From Thermoproteota archaeon (GTDB taxonomy: Archaea; Korarchaeota; Korarchaeia; Korarchaeales; Korarchaeaceae), in the NCBI GenBank assembly GCA_026986575.1, contig JALSOH010000006.1:256001-320000 (forward strand): a stretch of DNA of 64,000 nt, read 5' to 3'. A model generated the notes under the pieces. That model was not told the origin of the DNA and searched no databases. It saw only the letters and a program-made list of their open reading frames with translations. Numbering within the stretch: position 1 is the first letter of the stretch; every line of letters begins with the position of its first letter. Positions 49,073-58,923 of the stretch are shown one piece after another. Position numbers and translations under genes: made by a program.

Positions 49073-50639
49073 GGGTCATCACCTTGTTCAGGGCATCGAC
49101 CAGCGCCTCTATGCTGGCATCAACTATATCATCGCTGAGCCCGAATCCCTCGGCCGCCACTCCGTTCGATTCCACCCTGACGTAGACCTCGCCCACAGCT
49201 TCAGTTCCCCTGCTGACAGCGTTGAGCTTGAACCTAATCAGCCTGAACTCGGGCATCCCCTCTATGGACTTGAGGGCGTTGGCTATGGCATCGACGGGAC
49301 CCACGCCCCAGCCGGCGCTCCTCCTCTCCTCACCCCTGAGCCTGACCCTCACCCAAGCGGAGGGAGTTATGCTGCTCCCTGTGACCACGGTCCACTCGGG
49401 CACCTCCATCAGCCTGGCGCCGGGCCTCCCACCTACGACCTCAGCAACTATCTTGGAGAACCTTCTCTCGGTCACCTTGACGCCCTTATCCCCTAGCTCC
49501 TTCACCCTCTGGACTATAAGGTCCAGTTCTTCCTTGCTCACATCATAGCCGAGCTGCTTGACTGCCTGTTCCACTGCATGCCTCCCCGTGTGCTTCCCCA
49601 GCACGATGCGCCTCCTCATCCCCACGACCTCCGGGCTGAGCGGCTCGTAGGTCCCAGGATGGCCGAGAACCCCGTGCACGTGTATGCCTGACTCGTGGGA
49701 GAAAGCGTTGTCCCCTATGATGGGGGCGTTTGGAGGCACCTGTATGCCAGTGAACTTCTCCACAAGCTCCGATACGGATCTGAGCTTCGATAGGTCCACA
49801 CCAGTCTCCACCCCATAGAGGAACTTCAGGGCCGTGACGAACTGCTCTAGAGAGGCGTTTCCGGCCCTCTCCCCTATCCCGTTAATGGTTACATGCGCCT
49901 GCTGGGCGCCCGCCTCCACCCCAGCCAAGGAATTGGCCACCGCCAGCCCGAAGTCGTTGTGGCAGTGGACGCTCACAGGTATGCCGAGCTCGTCAACAAC
50001 CCTCCCGACCAAGGCCCTCATGGCCGGAGGCGACATCACTCCTACGGTATCGGGTATGTCGACCCTGTCGGCCCCAGCCTCCTCCACGGCCTTGAACACC
50101 TCGATTAGGAAGTCCACCTCCGTCCTAGTCGCGTCCTCCGCGGAGAACTCTACCTTTACGCCCCTTGACTTCGCGTACTCCACTGCTCGGACGGCCCTCT
50201 CTAGCACCTCCTCCTTGCTCATTCTAAGTTTGTACTCCCTGTGCAGGGGGGAGGTGGCTATGAAGATATGGACCGAGTCGACGCCCGCATCCACGGCTAT
50301 GTCTATATCCTTGGGAGTTGACCTAGCCAGCGCGCAGATCTCGGCCTTGGTGCTGCCCTCTATCTCCTTGACAGCCTTCGCTATCTCCCTGACGGACTGG
50401 GTCTCTCCCTTGGAGGTGATTGGGAAGCCCGCCTCTATCACATCCACGCCCAGCTCGTCCAAGGTCATTGCAATCTCTATCTTCTCCTCCGGCGTGAGTG
50501 AGACCCCAGGTGTCTGCTCACCGTCCCTCAAAGTGGTATCAAAAACCCTCGCTCTATCGGGGAGCCTCAGCGCTCCCCTAACCGAGGAGTTGATATCGGA
50601 AACGTAGGCTACTCTAGTTCCAAGGGACCACCTGCCCAT
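49056..50639 (-). CDS. leuA: 2-isopropylmalate / citramalate synthase family with C-terminal regulatory domain
   Basis: DTTLRDGEQTPG, HCHNDFG, GIGERAGN, HESGIH, GKHTG; C-terminal GVGPVDA regulatory domain. Confidence 0.88.
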   Translation of the reverse strand: MGRWSLGTRVAYVSDINSSVRGALRLPDRARVFDTTLRDGEQTPGVSLTPEEKIEIAMTLDELGVDVIEAGFPITSKGETQSVREIAKAVKEIEGSTKAEICALARSTPKDIDIAVDAGVDSVHIFIATSPLHREYKLRMSKEEVLERAVRAVEYAKSRGVKVEFSAEDATRTEVDFLIEVFKAVEEAGADRVDIPDTVGVMSPPAMRALVGRVVDELGIPVSVHCHNDFGLAVANSLAGVEAGAQQAHVTINGIGERAGNASLEQFVTALKFLYGVETGVDLSKLRSVSELVEKFTGIQVPPNAPIIGDNAFSHESGIHVHGVLGHPGTYEPLSPEVVGMRRRIVLGKHTGRHAVEQAVKQLGYDVSKEELDLIVQRVKELGDKGVKVTERRFSKIVAEVVGGRPGARLMEVPEWTVVTGSSITPSAWVRVRLRGEERRSAGWGVGPVDAIANALKSIEGMPEFRLIRFKLNAVSRGTEAVGEVYVRVESNGVAAEGFGLSDDIVDASIEALVDALNKVMTLENGN

Positions 50640-50725
50640 CGCTAAGTAGGTCCAATTAAAAAGGTATACTCATTCGGCGCTGAGCATCGACACCGTTATT
50701 ATCTCTCCCCACCTATACACGCGCC

Positions 50726-51577
50726 ATGAGATTCAAGAGCGCCGAGCATCCCGAGATGGAGGGTGGTAAGCAGTATCACATCCAGATATCTGGGGAGGAG
50801 GCTGAGAGGTACGCGTTACTCCCGGGCGATCCGGATAGGGTCCCCAAGATATCGAGGCAGTGGGACTGGTTCGAGGAGGTAGCTAGGCACAGGCAGTACG
50901 TGGTCCACAGGGGGGCCTACAAGGGTGTGAGGCTGCTGGCGATATCGACGGGCATAGGAGCCCCGGCCACGGCTATAGCGGTGGAGGAGCTGGCTAGGGT
51001 GGGAGTGGACACCTTCATAAGGGTAGGGAGTACAGGTGCAATACAGCCCGAGATAGAGCTTGGGGATCTGGTGATCACATCGGCTGCCGTTAGAATGGAG
51101 GGAACAAGCGATCAGTACGTGCTGAAGGGCTACCCGGCTCACGCCAGCTACGAGGTCCTCCTGGCCCTGATAGAGGCGGCCGATTCCTTGGGGTACAGGT
51201 ACCATGTGGGTATCACGGCCACGACGGACAGCTTCTACACGGGCCAAGGGAGGCATGGTTTCAACGGGTATGAGCAAAGCTGGCATAAGAACCTGATAGG
51301 AGATCTCAGAGCCGCTAGGGTCCTCAACTTCGAGATGGAGTCCTCAGCCCTCTTCGTCCTAGCCTCCCTCTTCGGTCTCAGGGCCGGAGCTGTCCACGCC
51401 GTCTTCGCCCAGAGGAACAGGAACGAGTTCGACGTGAGAGGCGAGGAGGAGGCGATAAGGGTGGCGAATGAGGCCATCAAGATACTTAGTGAGTGGGACT
51501 CACTCAAGGAAGGTGAGGGGAAGGGGTACCTGACCCCATCGCTCCTGAGAGAATGGTCGAGGAAAAAGGAGAGATGA
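50726..51577 (+). CDS. udp: Uridine phosphorylase
   Basis: QYHI, LLPGDPDRV, STGIG, RVGSTG, DSFYTGQ, NFEMES. Confidence 0.9.
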   Translation: MRFKSAEHPEMEGGKQYHIQISGEEAERYALLPGDPDRVPKISRQWDWFEEVARHRQYVVHRGAYKGVRLLAISTGIGAPATAIAVEELARVGVDTFIRVGSTGAIQPEIELGDLVITSAAVRMEGTSDQYVLKGYPAHASYEVLLALIEAADSLGYRYHVGITATTDSFYTGQGRHGFNGYEQSWHKNLIGDLRAARVLNFEMESSALFVLASLFGLRAGAVHAVFAQRNRNEFDVRGEEEAIRVANEAIKILSEWDSLKEGEGKGYLTPSLLREWSRKKER

Positions 51578-51596
51578 GTAGGGGCCACGGTCAGTA

Positions 51597-53837
51597 TCAG
51601 TAGACGTAGGACTCCTCCCTCCTCTCCTCTGGAGTGGTGGCTGCCCTTAGGGTCTTCTTGACCTCCTCGTAGTACTTGAGCATATCGTCAGTGAGGCTGG
51701 GCTTCACCTTGGTGAGAGCCTGCTCGAAGTGTCTCATCTCCACCCTCTCCACATCGATGTCCTCCCTCAGGGCAGCCATTGCAGCTTCCCTCACAAGAGC
51801 TGCGAGGTCGGCTCCACTGAATCTCTCCGTTGCCAGTGCTATCTTCCAGAGATCCACATCGTCTGAGAGAGGCATCTCCCTCGTCAGGACTTTGAGTATC
51901 TCGAACCTAGTGTTGAGGTCAGGTGGTCCAACGTAGACAAGCCTCTCTAGCCTCCCAGGTCTGAGAACCGCTGGATCCACGAGATCAGGCCTGTTCGTCG
52001 CTCCTATCACGACAACATCCCTCAGCGGCTGTATTCCATCGATTTCAGTGAGCATCTGGCTCACCACCCTCTCCGTCACTCCGGAATCGAAGCTGGTACC
52101 CCTTCTCGGGAAGAGGGAATCTATCTCATCGATGAATATGATGGCCGGAGCCACCTGTCTCGCCTTCCTGAAGATCTGCCTCACGGCCTTCTCGCTCTCT
52201 CCAACCCACTTGCTCAGGAGCTCAGGACCCTTCACGCTTATGAAGTTCGCCTCGCTCTCATTAGCGACGGCCTTAGCCAGCAACGTTTTACCGCAGCCCG
52301 GTGGTCCATAAAGCAGCACTCCCTTGGGCGGCTCAATCCCTAGCCTCCTGAAGGCGTCGGGGTTCTTCAAAGGCAGCTCCACGACCTCCCTGAGCTCCCT
52401 CTTTACCTCCTCCAATCCGCCTATATCGTCCCATGAAATGTCCGGGACCTCTATCGAGATCTCCCTAAGAGCGGAGGGCTGTACCAGCTTCAGAGCCTCC
52501 ATGAAGTCGTCCTTCGTGACCTGAAGTTCCTCCAGAATTTCTATGGGGATTGTCTCGGCGTCCAGATCTATCTTGGGGAGGACCCTCCTCAGGGCAGCCA
52601 TTGCAGCTTCCCTCACAAGGGCCGCGAGGTCGGCGCCCACGAACCCGTGGGTTATGTCAGCCAGCTCGTCCAAGTCCACATCGTCAGCGAGGGGAACGTT
52701 CCTCGTGTGTATCTGCAGTATCTCCTTCCTGCCCTCCCTGTCCGGCACTCCTATCTCTATCTCCCTGTCGAACCTGCCGGGCCTCCTCAGTGCTGGATCG
52801 AGGGCCTCGGGCCTGTTCGTGGCTCCTATAACTATTACCTCTCCCCTTCCCTTCAGGCCGTCCATGAGGGCGAGGAGCTGGGCCACGACACGCCTCTCTA
52901 CCTCTCCGGTGACCTCATTCCTGTTCGGCGCAATGGAGTCAATCTCATCTATGAATATTATCGAGGGGGCGTTCTTCTCAGCCTCCTCGAATATCTCCCT
53001 GAGCCTCTTCTCGCTCTCACCGTAGTACTTGGACATTATCTCGGGGCCTGAGATGCTTATGAAGTGGGCGTTGCTCTCATTAGCGACGGCCTTAGCCAGC
53101 AACGTTTTACCGCAGCCCGGTGGTCCGTAAAGCAGCACTCCCTTGGGCGGCTCAATCCCGAGGTGCCTGAAGAGCTCGGGATGCTTGAGCGGGAGCTCCA
53201 CCATCTCCCTTATCCTCTGTATCTCCTCCTTCAGCCCTCCTATGTCCTCGTATGTTACGGTGGGCACTATTATCTTGGAGAGCTCCACGGGCCTCTCTCT
53301 GACCTCTATGACGGTGTTCGCCCCGACCTTCCCGAAGGTGCCGGGCGTGACGCTGACCACCACTAAGGGGATGAACCTCTGGAATATGGGGATGAGGACG
53401 ATATCGCCCTTGGTAACCACGAAGTCATAGAGCCTCCTCTTTACCCAGTTGTGAAAATCCGGCGCCACCCTTATCATGTGGTCTTGTGGGGCTAATACTA
53501 CCTTGCTGGCCTCTCCAACCTCCACAGGTCTTACTCTGACCTTCTCCCCGGTCCTCACACCCGCGTTCCCCTTGATGATCTTGTCCATCCTGATGTACCT
53601 AGTGCCCACATCCATGCTCACGGACGGCATGACCCTAGCGTGAGTCACTCTAGAACCGTAGATCCTCACGTAATCGCCGCTGGTCAGGTTGAGCTGCTTC
53701 ATCACCTCGGGATCTATTCTCACTATCCCCCTGCCGAAGTCCGCCTGCTTCACCACATCCGCCACTATGAGCGTTACATCCTTTACCTCCTTGTCGTCCC
53801 TCTTATCTCCCTTCTTAGGGGGCTGTTTCCTCCCCAA
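51597..53837 (-). CDS. cdc48: CDC48/VCP-family AAA ATPase
   Basis: N domain plus two AAA modules ([18 protein letters not shown] twice, [16 protein letters not shown]); C-terminal YVY HbYX motif. Confidence 0.96.
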   Translation of the reverse strand: MGRKQPPKKGDKRDDKEVKDVTLIVADVVKQADFGRGIVRIDPEVMKQLNLTSGDYVRIYGSRVTHARVMPSVSMDVGTRYIRMDKIIKGNAGVRTGEKVRVRPVEVGEASKVVLAPQDHMIRVAPDFHNWVKRRLYDFVVTKGDIVLIPIFQRFIPLVVVSVTPGTFGKVGANTVIEVRERPVELSKIIVPTVTYEDIGGLKEEIQRIREMVELPLKHPELFRHLGIEPPKGVLLYGPPGCGKTLLAKAVANESNAHFISISGPEIMSKYYGESEKRLREIFEEAEKNAPSIIFIDEIDSIAPNRNEVTGEVERRVVAQLLALMDGLKGRGEVIVIGATNRPEALDPALRRPGRFDREIEIGVPDREGRKEILQIHTRNVPLADDVDLDELADITHGFVGADLAALVREAAMAALRRVLPKIDLDAETIPIEILEELQVTKDDFMEALKLVQPSALREISIEVPDISWDDIGGLEEVKRELREVVELPLKNPDAFRRLGIEPPKGVLLYGPPGCGKTLLAKAVANESEANFISVKGPELLSKWVGESEKAVRQIFRKARQVAPAIIFIDEIDSLFPRRGTSFDSGVTERVVSQMLTEIDGIQPLRDVVVIGATNRPDLVDPAVLRPGRLERLVYVGPPDLNTRFEILKVLTREMPLSDDVDLWKIALATERFSGADLAALVREAAMAALREDIDVERVEMRHFEQALTKVKPSLTDDMLKYYEEVKKTLRAATTPEERREESYVY
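52254..53159. repeat. Intragenic 87-bp near-perfect repeat between cdc48 D1 and D2 (52254-52340 vs 53073-53159)
   Basis: Direct alignment: 86/87 identical, sole mismatch 52308 A vs 53127 G. Confidence 0.92.
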
Positions 53838-53943
53838 CGATCACACCTCGAATCCATCTTCCGCGGAAGGGTTTATTAATTTTGCATAAGGGCGGCAGCC
53901 GCCCATGAGAACGGATATATTTAGGTGGTGAGCGCTCACAGGG

Positions 53944-55605
53944 ATGGAACTGAAGGCAGACCTCCTGCTGGATGGTCAGTACTTGAACGTCTACACGGGC
54001 GAACTTCTCGACGGACCCGTGGCCATTCTAGGAGATCGGATCCTCTGCGTCGGGGAGAGGATCGAGGCCAAAAAGGTGGAGAGAGTAGATGGGATAATCA
54101 TTCCTGGATTTAAAGACGGCCATATCCACATAGAGAGCAGCAAACTCCCTCCCGGGGAGTTCGCTCGGCTGGTAGTACCTAGGGGCACCACCTCGGTCTT
54201 CGCGGATCCCCATGAGATAGTGAATGTCGCCGGAAAGGCTGGCTTCAAGTTCATGCTCGAGGAATCTAGCAAGACCCCACTAAGGGTCCACCTGATGGTT
54301 CCCTCATGCGTTCCTGCCTCCCCTCTCGAGGAATCTCCCTTCCAGCTCGACGCTACTGCTGTCGCGGAACTCTTGGACGAGGGAGCCGGGTTAGGGGAAG
54401 TGATGAACTTCCCCGGAGTGATCTCTGGTGAGGAGGATCTTCTCCGTAAGTTGGAAGAGGCGAGGAGGAGGCGGATGCCGATCGACGGGCATGCGCCCCT
54501 CCTCATGGGTGAGGAACTCTGTCTCTACCTCTTCAGGGGCATAGAGTCCGATCACGAGTCTACTACCGAGGAGGAGGTCTTGGATAAGGCCAGAAAGGGC
54601 ATGTATGTAATGGTGAGGGAGGGAACCGCATCCAAGGACATGAGAATAATTAAGGGGCTCCTCAGAGTCCATAAGAGGAGGATCCTACTAGTATCAGATG
54701 ACAGGAGTGCGTCTGACCTTATGAGGGAGGGACATGTGGATCATCTCCTCAGGAGGGCCGTTGAGGAGGGCCTCGACCCCGTCGAAGCGGTTCAGGCTGT
54801 GACGATAAATGTGGCTGAGAGGTTCGGCATAAGAGAGCTGGACGGCATCGCTCCTGGCAGGCTCGCTGACCTGGTAGTGGTGAGAGATCTCAAGAGGTTC
54901 GAGGCCCTCAGGGTCTACATAGGGGGCAAGCTCGTGGCCTCCAACGGTGAACCTCTATTCAGCGCGGTGAGGGTCAGGAGGATAGGTACGATGAAGCTCC
55001 CTCCCCTCTCACCTAGGGACCTCGCCCTGAAGGTCCAGGGAAGGAGGGCTAGGGTTAGGATCATAGAGCTTACGGGCTCTCTCCTCACCGAGGAGGGCGA
55101 GGAGTGGCTCCCCATCGAGGAAGGTATGGTCAGGGCATGTGGAGAGGTCCAGCATTTGGCGGTAGTGGAGAGGCATGGGAAGACGGGGCACATCGGGAGG
55201 GGATTCGTGAGGGGCTTCGGAATGAGTGGAGCGATAGCCTCCACGATCGCACACGATAGCCACAACCTGATAATGGCTGGCAGCGACCTGAAGGACATGG
55301 TCGTGGCGGCCCGCGAGCTGGAGCGTGTCGGGGGCGGTCAGGTGGTTGTCTCGAACGGCAAATCGATCTCCATCCTTCCACTTCCCGTGGGAGGCCTCAT
55401 GTCTGACAGGCCAGCAGAGGAGGTGGCTTCGCTGGAGGAGGAGCTGAATAGGGCATACAGGTCCCTCGGAGGTACTAGGGAGGATCCTTTCATGGAACTC
55501 TCCTTCTTGGCTCTCTCGGTGATCCCAAAGCTAAAGCTGACCCCAAAGGGACTGGTCGATGTAAACAGGCAGGAGATAGTTTCCCCTCTCTTGGAGGTGA
55601 TTTGA
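53944..55605 (+). CDS. ade: Adenine deaminase family amidohydrolase
   Basis: DGHIHIESS, DPHEI, GEVMNFPG, DGHAP, SDHES, REGT, AHDSHN, LSVIP.LKLT. Confidence 0.9.
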   Translation: MELKADLLLDGQYLNVYTGELLDGPVAILGDRILCVGERIEAKKVERVDGIIIPGFKDGHIHIESSKLPPGEFARLVVPRGTTSVFADPHEIVNVAGKAGFKFMLEESSKTPLRVHLMVPSCVPASPLEESPFQLDATAVAELLDEGAGLGEVMNFPGVISGEEDLLRKLEEARRRRMPIDGHAPLLMGEELCLYLFRGIESDHESTTEEEVLDKARKGMYVMVREGTASKDMRIIKGLLRVHKRRILLVSDDRSASDLMREGHVDHLLRRAVEEGLDPVEAVQAVTINVAERFGIRELDGIAPGRLADLVVVRDLKRFEALRVYIGGKLVASNGEPLFSAVRVRRIGTMKLPPLSPRDLALKVQGRRARVRIIELTGSLLTEEGEEWLPIEEGMVRACGEVQHLAVVERHGKTGHIGRGFVRGFGMSGAIASTIAHDSHNLIMAGSDLKDMVVAARELERVGGGQVVVSNGKSISILPLPVGGLMSDRPAEEVASLEEELNRAYRSLGGTREDPFMELSFLALSVIPKLKLTPKGLVDVNRQEIVSPLLEVI

Positions 55606-56292
55606 TTGGAGATAGGAGTGGAGGTTCCCCCTTCCTCGAAACCGAGGTTTCTCAGGAGAGTTTCCTCCCTTATAGGGAAGGCGGATTTCATTTCCATACC
55701 TGATTCTCCCTTCGGAAAGCCAGCACCCTCCTCCTTGGCCTTGGCAGTCCTGCTCAGGGGTATAGGGGTGGATGCGGTCCCCAACTACAGGCTGATGGAC
55801 AGGAACGAGCTTGCCCTGCTCTCAGAGATGATGGGTCTAGCTGAGCTGGGTATTGAGAGGGTCCTTTTGGTGGGAGGAGACCCCCCCAGCATAGGCAGGC
55901 CCACGGGCCTCGACGCCGTGAGGGCGATAACCCTCGTTAGGGAGTGGGGGGTGAGGGTGAAGCTGGGTGTGGCCACCTCCCTCAAGCCAAGGGAGAGGCT
56001 CAGAGCTAAGCTGGAAGCAGGGGCAGATTTCGTTGTCACACAGCCAATACAGAGGGTGGAGGACCTCTATCCCATAGCAGACTTCATCGGGGACACGCCT
56101 CTCTACACCATGCTGATGCTCACCTTGGCGGAGATGGAGGAGTCCGTGCTCAGGGCCATGGACATAGAAGAGGTGCTGGATGTGGACTATAAGGTACTCA
56201 TGGACAGGTTGGAGGAATCAGGACTGGTCAAGGGAGTTATAATCAGCTCACCAAGGAACCACTCGAGAATCTTGGAGGTCTTGGGAGGTTAG
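55606..56292 (+). CDS. Short methylenetetrahydrofolate reductase (MetF)-like protein
   Basis: EVPP, DRNELAL, LVGGDPP, KLEAGADFVVTQP. Confidence 0.8.
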   Translation: MEIGVEVPPSSKPRFLRRVSSLIGKADFISIPDSPFGKPAPSSLALAVLLRGIGVDAVPNYRLMDRNELALLSEMMGLAELGIERVLLVGGDPPSIGRPTGLDAVRAITLVREWGVRVKLGVATSLKPRERLRAKLEAGADFVVTQPIQRVEDLYPIADFIGDTPLYTMLMLTLAEMEESVLRAMDIEEVLDVDYKVLMDRLEESGLVKGVIISSPRNHSRILEVLGG

Positions 56293-56295
56293 CGC

Positions 56296-57189
56296 ATGCA
56301 TCTGGGAGGCAAGCTGGGGGAGAACCCTCCCCTGATGATAGGATCTGTCTTCTACAGGGGGGACAGAAGGGTTAAAGATCACGAGAGAGGAGTATTCGAC
56401 GAGGAGGCTGAGGAGAGGCTCATAGAATCTGATTTGAGGACGGCACGCCAGCTGAACTTTCCATACGCCTTGGATGTCATTATAACTAGTAAAGGTGCTG
56501 CGGAACCCTACCTTAAGTTCGTCTCACGATTTAATGTACCCATCCTCGTCGACGGGATAGATCCAGAGGTTAGGGCACACGCCTATAGGATTGCAGGCGA
56601 GTTGGGCCTGTCGGATATAGCGATAGCAAATGCCATATACCCGGACAGCACTGAGGAGGAGTTGAACGCCATAAAGACCTCTGGTATCAAGAAGGCTGTT
56701 CTGGTGGCCTTTGATCCGAAAAACGCACTGGAAAGCCTCAAACCCGAGGTGAAGCTATCAATCCTAGAGGAGAAACTCGTACCTAAGGCCGAGGAGGCGG
56801 GAGTAGTGGAGTTCCTAGTGGATGTGGTCGTGCTGGATCCCGCCTCACTGGCCTCTGTGGCCGAGTCCATGAGCTTCCTTAGATCCAAGGGGTACGTGGT
56901 AGGTTGTGCTCCAGCCAACGCTTTAGCCTTCCTAAGCAAGAGGAGATATGGGGATGAGGCCTATACCATGCTGACGGCTGCCCTCTCATACCTTAGGATG
57001 AGAGGCGCCGACTTCATGATCTTCGGACCGGCTGGCAGGTTCAGGGGTGTTGCGAGAGGGCTCGCATTTCTCGAGTCCATGCTGGCCATGGAAGCCCAAG
57101 TGCCGAGGAGTAAACTGAGGGAGCACCCCTTCTCCGTGCTCAGGGAGCTGCAGAGGGTGTTTCAAGAGACATCCAAGGGGGAGGTATGA
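56296..57189 (+). CDS. mtrH: MtrH-family pterin-binding methyltransferase
   Basis: GGKLGENPPLMIGSVFY, GVFDEE, GCAPAN, GADFMIFGP. Confidence 0.85.
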   Translation: MHLGGKLGENPPLMIGSVFYRGDRRVKDHERGVFDEEAEERLIESDLRTARQLNFPYALDVIITSKGAAEPYLKFVSRFNVPILVDGIDPEVRAHAYRIAGELGLSDIAIANAIYPDSTEEELNAIKTSGIKKAVLVAFDPKNALESLKPEVKLSILEEKLVPKAEEAGVVEFLVDVVVLDPASLASVAESMSFLRSKGYVVGCAPANALAFLSKRRYGDEAYTMLTAALSYLRMRGADFMIFGPAGRFRGVARGLAFLESMLAMEAQVPRSKLREHPFSVLRELQRVFQETSKGEV

Positions 57190-57209
57190 CACGCGTAAAA
57201 GTTAAATTA

Positions 57210-57226
57210 GTCTAACATTATTAGAC
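57210..57226. promoter_or_regulatory. Palindromic candidate operator upstream of the 57240 gene
   Basis: GTCTAA-CATTA-TTAGAC just downstream of a TTAAATTA TATA-like box and upstream of SD GGTGA. Confidence 0.5.
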
Positions 57227-57239
57227 ACGGTGATCATGC

Positions 57240-57845
57240 ATGCCCTTGACCACATTTGAAGAGGAGATATACCTGCGCGCCCTCACCGGTAGGTTGGTCG
57301 GGAAGGCTCTATCCGACCTAGGACTCAACAAGGTCGCCGTAGTGGCCTCCAAGAATATCATATGCTCCAGCATAGCGGCAGCCACCGAAGCCACCTTCCT
57401 GACCCTGAGCGGGGGCGTTACCTATCACTTTATGGTGGAACAAGGGAAGGAGAGGGAGCTAGCCAAGAGGCTGAAGGAGTTTGCCGCCCAGGCAGTACTG
57501 CTCCAGTTCGGAGGAGAGACCCCGTTCGATGAAACGAAGAAGAGTTTCGTCGATCTCCTAAAGGCCATGGCCGAGGAGGATGTGCCCGGTAGCTTGGTCG
57601 TCCATGTGAGGATATTCGCTGCTGGCGGCCTGAAGGAGGCCTTGGAGCACGAGGAAGTGAAGAAGTACCTAGAAACTAAAGAGGTCTTCGTCTACACGGT
57701 TGGATTCGACGAGGGCAAGGTCTACGTGAACAAAGTGACTATTCCTTCCCTCGAGCTGACGAGACTGGCAGAGTATCAGGTGACCCTCGAGCATGCCGAT
57801 CTACTGAACAGGAGCCTCAAAGACAGAAAGGTGACCTTCTCCTGA
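57240..57845 (+). CDS. Hypothetical alpha/beta protein
   Basis: 201-aa ORF with SD GGTGAT, host codon usage, T-rich tract downstream. Confidence 0.75.
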   Translation: MPLTTFEEEIYLRALTGRLVGKALSDLGLNKVAVVASKNIICSSIAAATEATFLTLSGGVTYHFMVEQGKERELAKRLKEFAAQAVLLQFGGETPFDETKKSFVDLLKAMAEEDVPGSLVVHVRIFAAGGLKEALEHEEVKKYLETKEVFVYTVGFDEGKVYVNKVTIPSLELTRLAEYQVTLEHADLLNRSLKDRKVTFS

Positions 57846-57909
57846 TAGTTCTGTTCCCTTCATCCCCTTAATCTTTTTTTGATGAGTCAGCGTTAAATTC
57901 AATCCACTT

Positions 57910-58914
57910 CTAGGGCTTCACTATGTAGACGACTAGAAAGAGGCTTCCCGAGAGGAAGTACAGGGCTACATCCCTGTTGAACGGCCAAGAGAGGGTAGCC
58001 AGTAACAGTAAAATTAGGGCCGAGTAGTTGAACCTCTTCGCGTTCCTAATCCCAAGGAGAACGGGGACCATCATTGGGGCATGCGCATATATGTGGAGAC
58101 CTACAAAACCCAATAGGAGGATGTGCAGTAGACCCAACGTGTTCACGGGCATGAACCACGACAAGATCAGCAGGGGAATGAGGAGGAGGTAGCCAGAGAT
58201 GAGGTAGCGGTGAGCCGGCAGGGCCTCCCTCACCCTGACGGACCTCAACCCGCGAAGCGCCAAATCCAGCCTAGCTGCCCCTAAGTAGGAGAGCATGCTC
58301 GTCCACATCAGGTGCCTGCTTGGATCAAATCCACAGAGCACGAGTGCGTGAAGTGCGATCATCGGGATGGCGAGGGGTAAGCTGGCCCGGTATCTGTAGG
58401 TCTTAGGGAGAGCGTGAAGGGTTACCGCGTATATGAGGGGCACCGGGTAAGCCCACTCCACAGCTGTGATCCAAGCTTCCATTCCTTGGTGGCTACTTAG
58501 TACCGTGGAGAGGAGGGAGAGGAAAGAATACAGTTCCAGCAGATAGACCAGGGACTTTTTCCTCGATGGGATGAGGAAGAAGAGACCAGTGAGGGAGACG
58601 AAGGCAATCAGAGCGGTTCCCCATCCCAGCAGCGAGCCGAGCGGAAGGAGAAGCAGCGAGAGGGAGTGAAGAAGGGCTGCTAGAACCGAACCTCGCTTCC
58701 TCGTCACCGAGGTCCAGAACGAGATGTTGACGCCGGCGGCGAACGAGATTACGCCCATCCCCATGAAGTGCATATGGACTTGGTACCACCTCAGCGGGAG
58801 GGAGAGCAACCCTATGCCGATGTAGGTGAAACTACCTACCACGGCTAGGGCGCTCAGCTTCCTCGCCAGCTTGAGGTAGGATAGGGCGTCTAGGTCACCA
58901 GCTATTTGGATCAC
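57910..58914 (-). CDS. Polytopic membrane protein, NnrS-like
   Basis: About 11-12 TM segments; His-containing helices VHMHFMGMG and LHILLLGFVGLHIYAHAPMMVP; downstream of fprA. Confidence 0.55.
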   Translation of the reverse strand: MIQIAGDLDALSYLKLARKLSALAVVGSFTYIGIGLLSLPLRWYQVHMHFMGMGVISFAAGVNISFWTSVTRKRGSVLAALLHSLSLLLLPLGSLLGWGTALIAFVSLTGLFFLIPSRKKSLVYLLELYSFLSLLSTVLSSHQGMEAWITAVEWAYPVPLIYAVTLHALPKTYRYRASLPLAIPMIALHALVLCGFDPSRHLMWTSMLSYLGAARLDLALRGLRSVRVREALPAHRYLISGYLLLIPLLILSWFMPVNTLGLLHILLLGFVGLHIYAHAPMMVPVLLGIRNAKRFNYSALILLLLATLSWPFNRDVALYFLSGSLFLVVYIVKP

Positions 58915-58923
58915 CTATAGCGC

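Noticed and set aside
49834-50607. 257-aa plus-strand ORF, and similar long antisense ORFs (1342-1953, 15257-15796, 21193-21783, 25879-26466, 32375-32977)
   Set aside because: Shadows of well-supported genes on the opposite strand, with Ser/Thr/Pro- or His-rich composition and no motifs
46358-50639. leuABCD-like cluster as a novel pathway
   Set aside because: Standard 2-oxoacid elongation genes; Leu versus Ile or Lys specificity cannot be resolved here, and nothing unusual is evident
56296-57189. mtrH as evidence of methanogenesis
   Set aside because: No other mtr or mcr genes in the window; stand-alone MtrH homologues occur in non-methanogens
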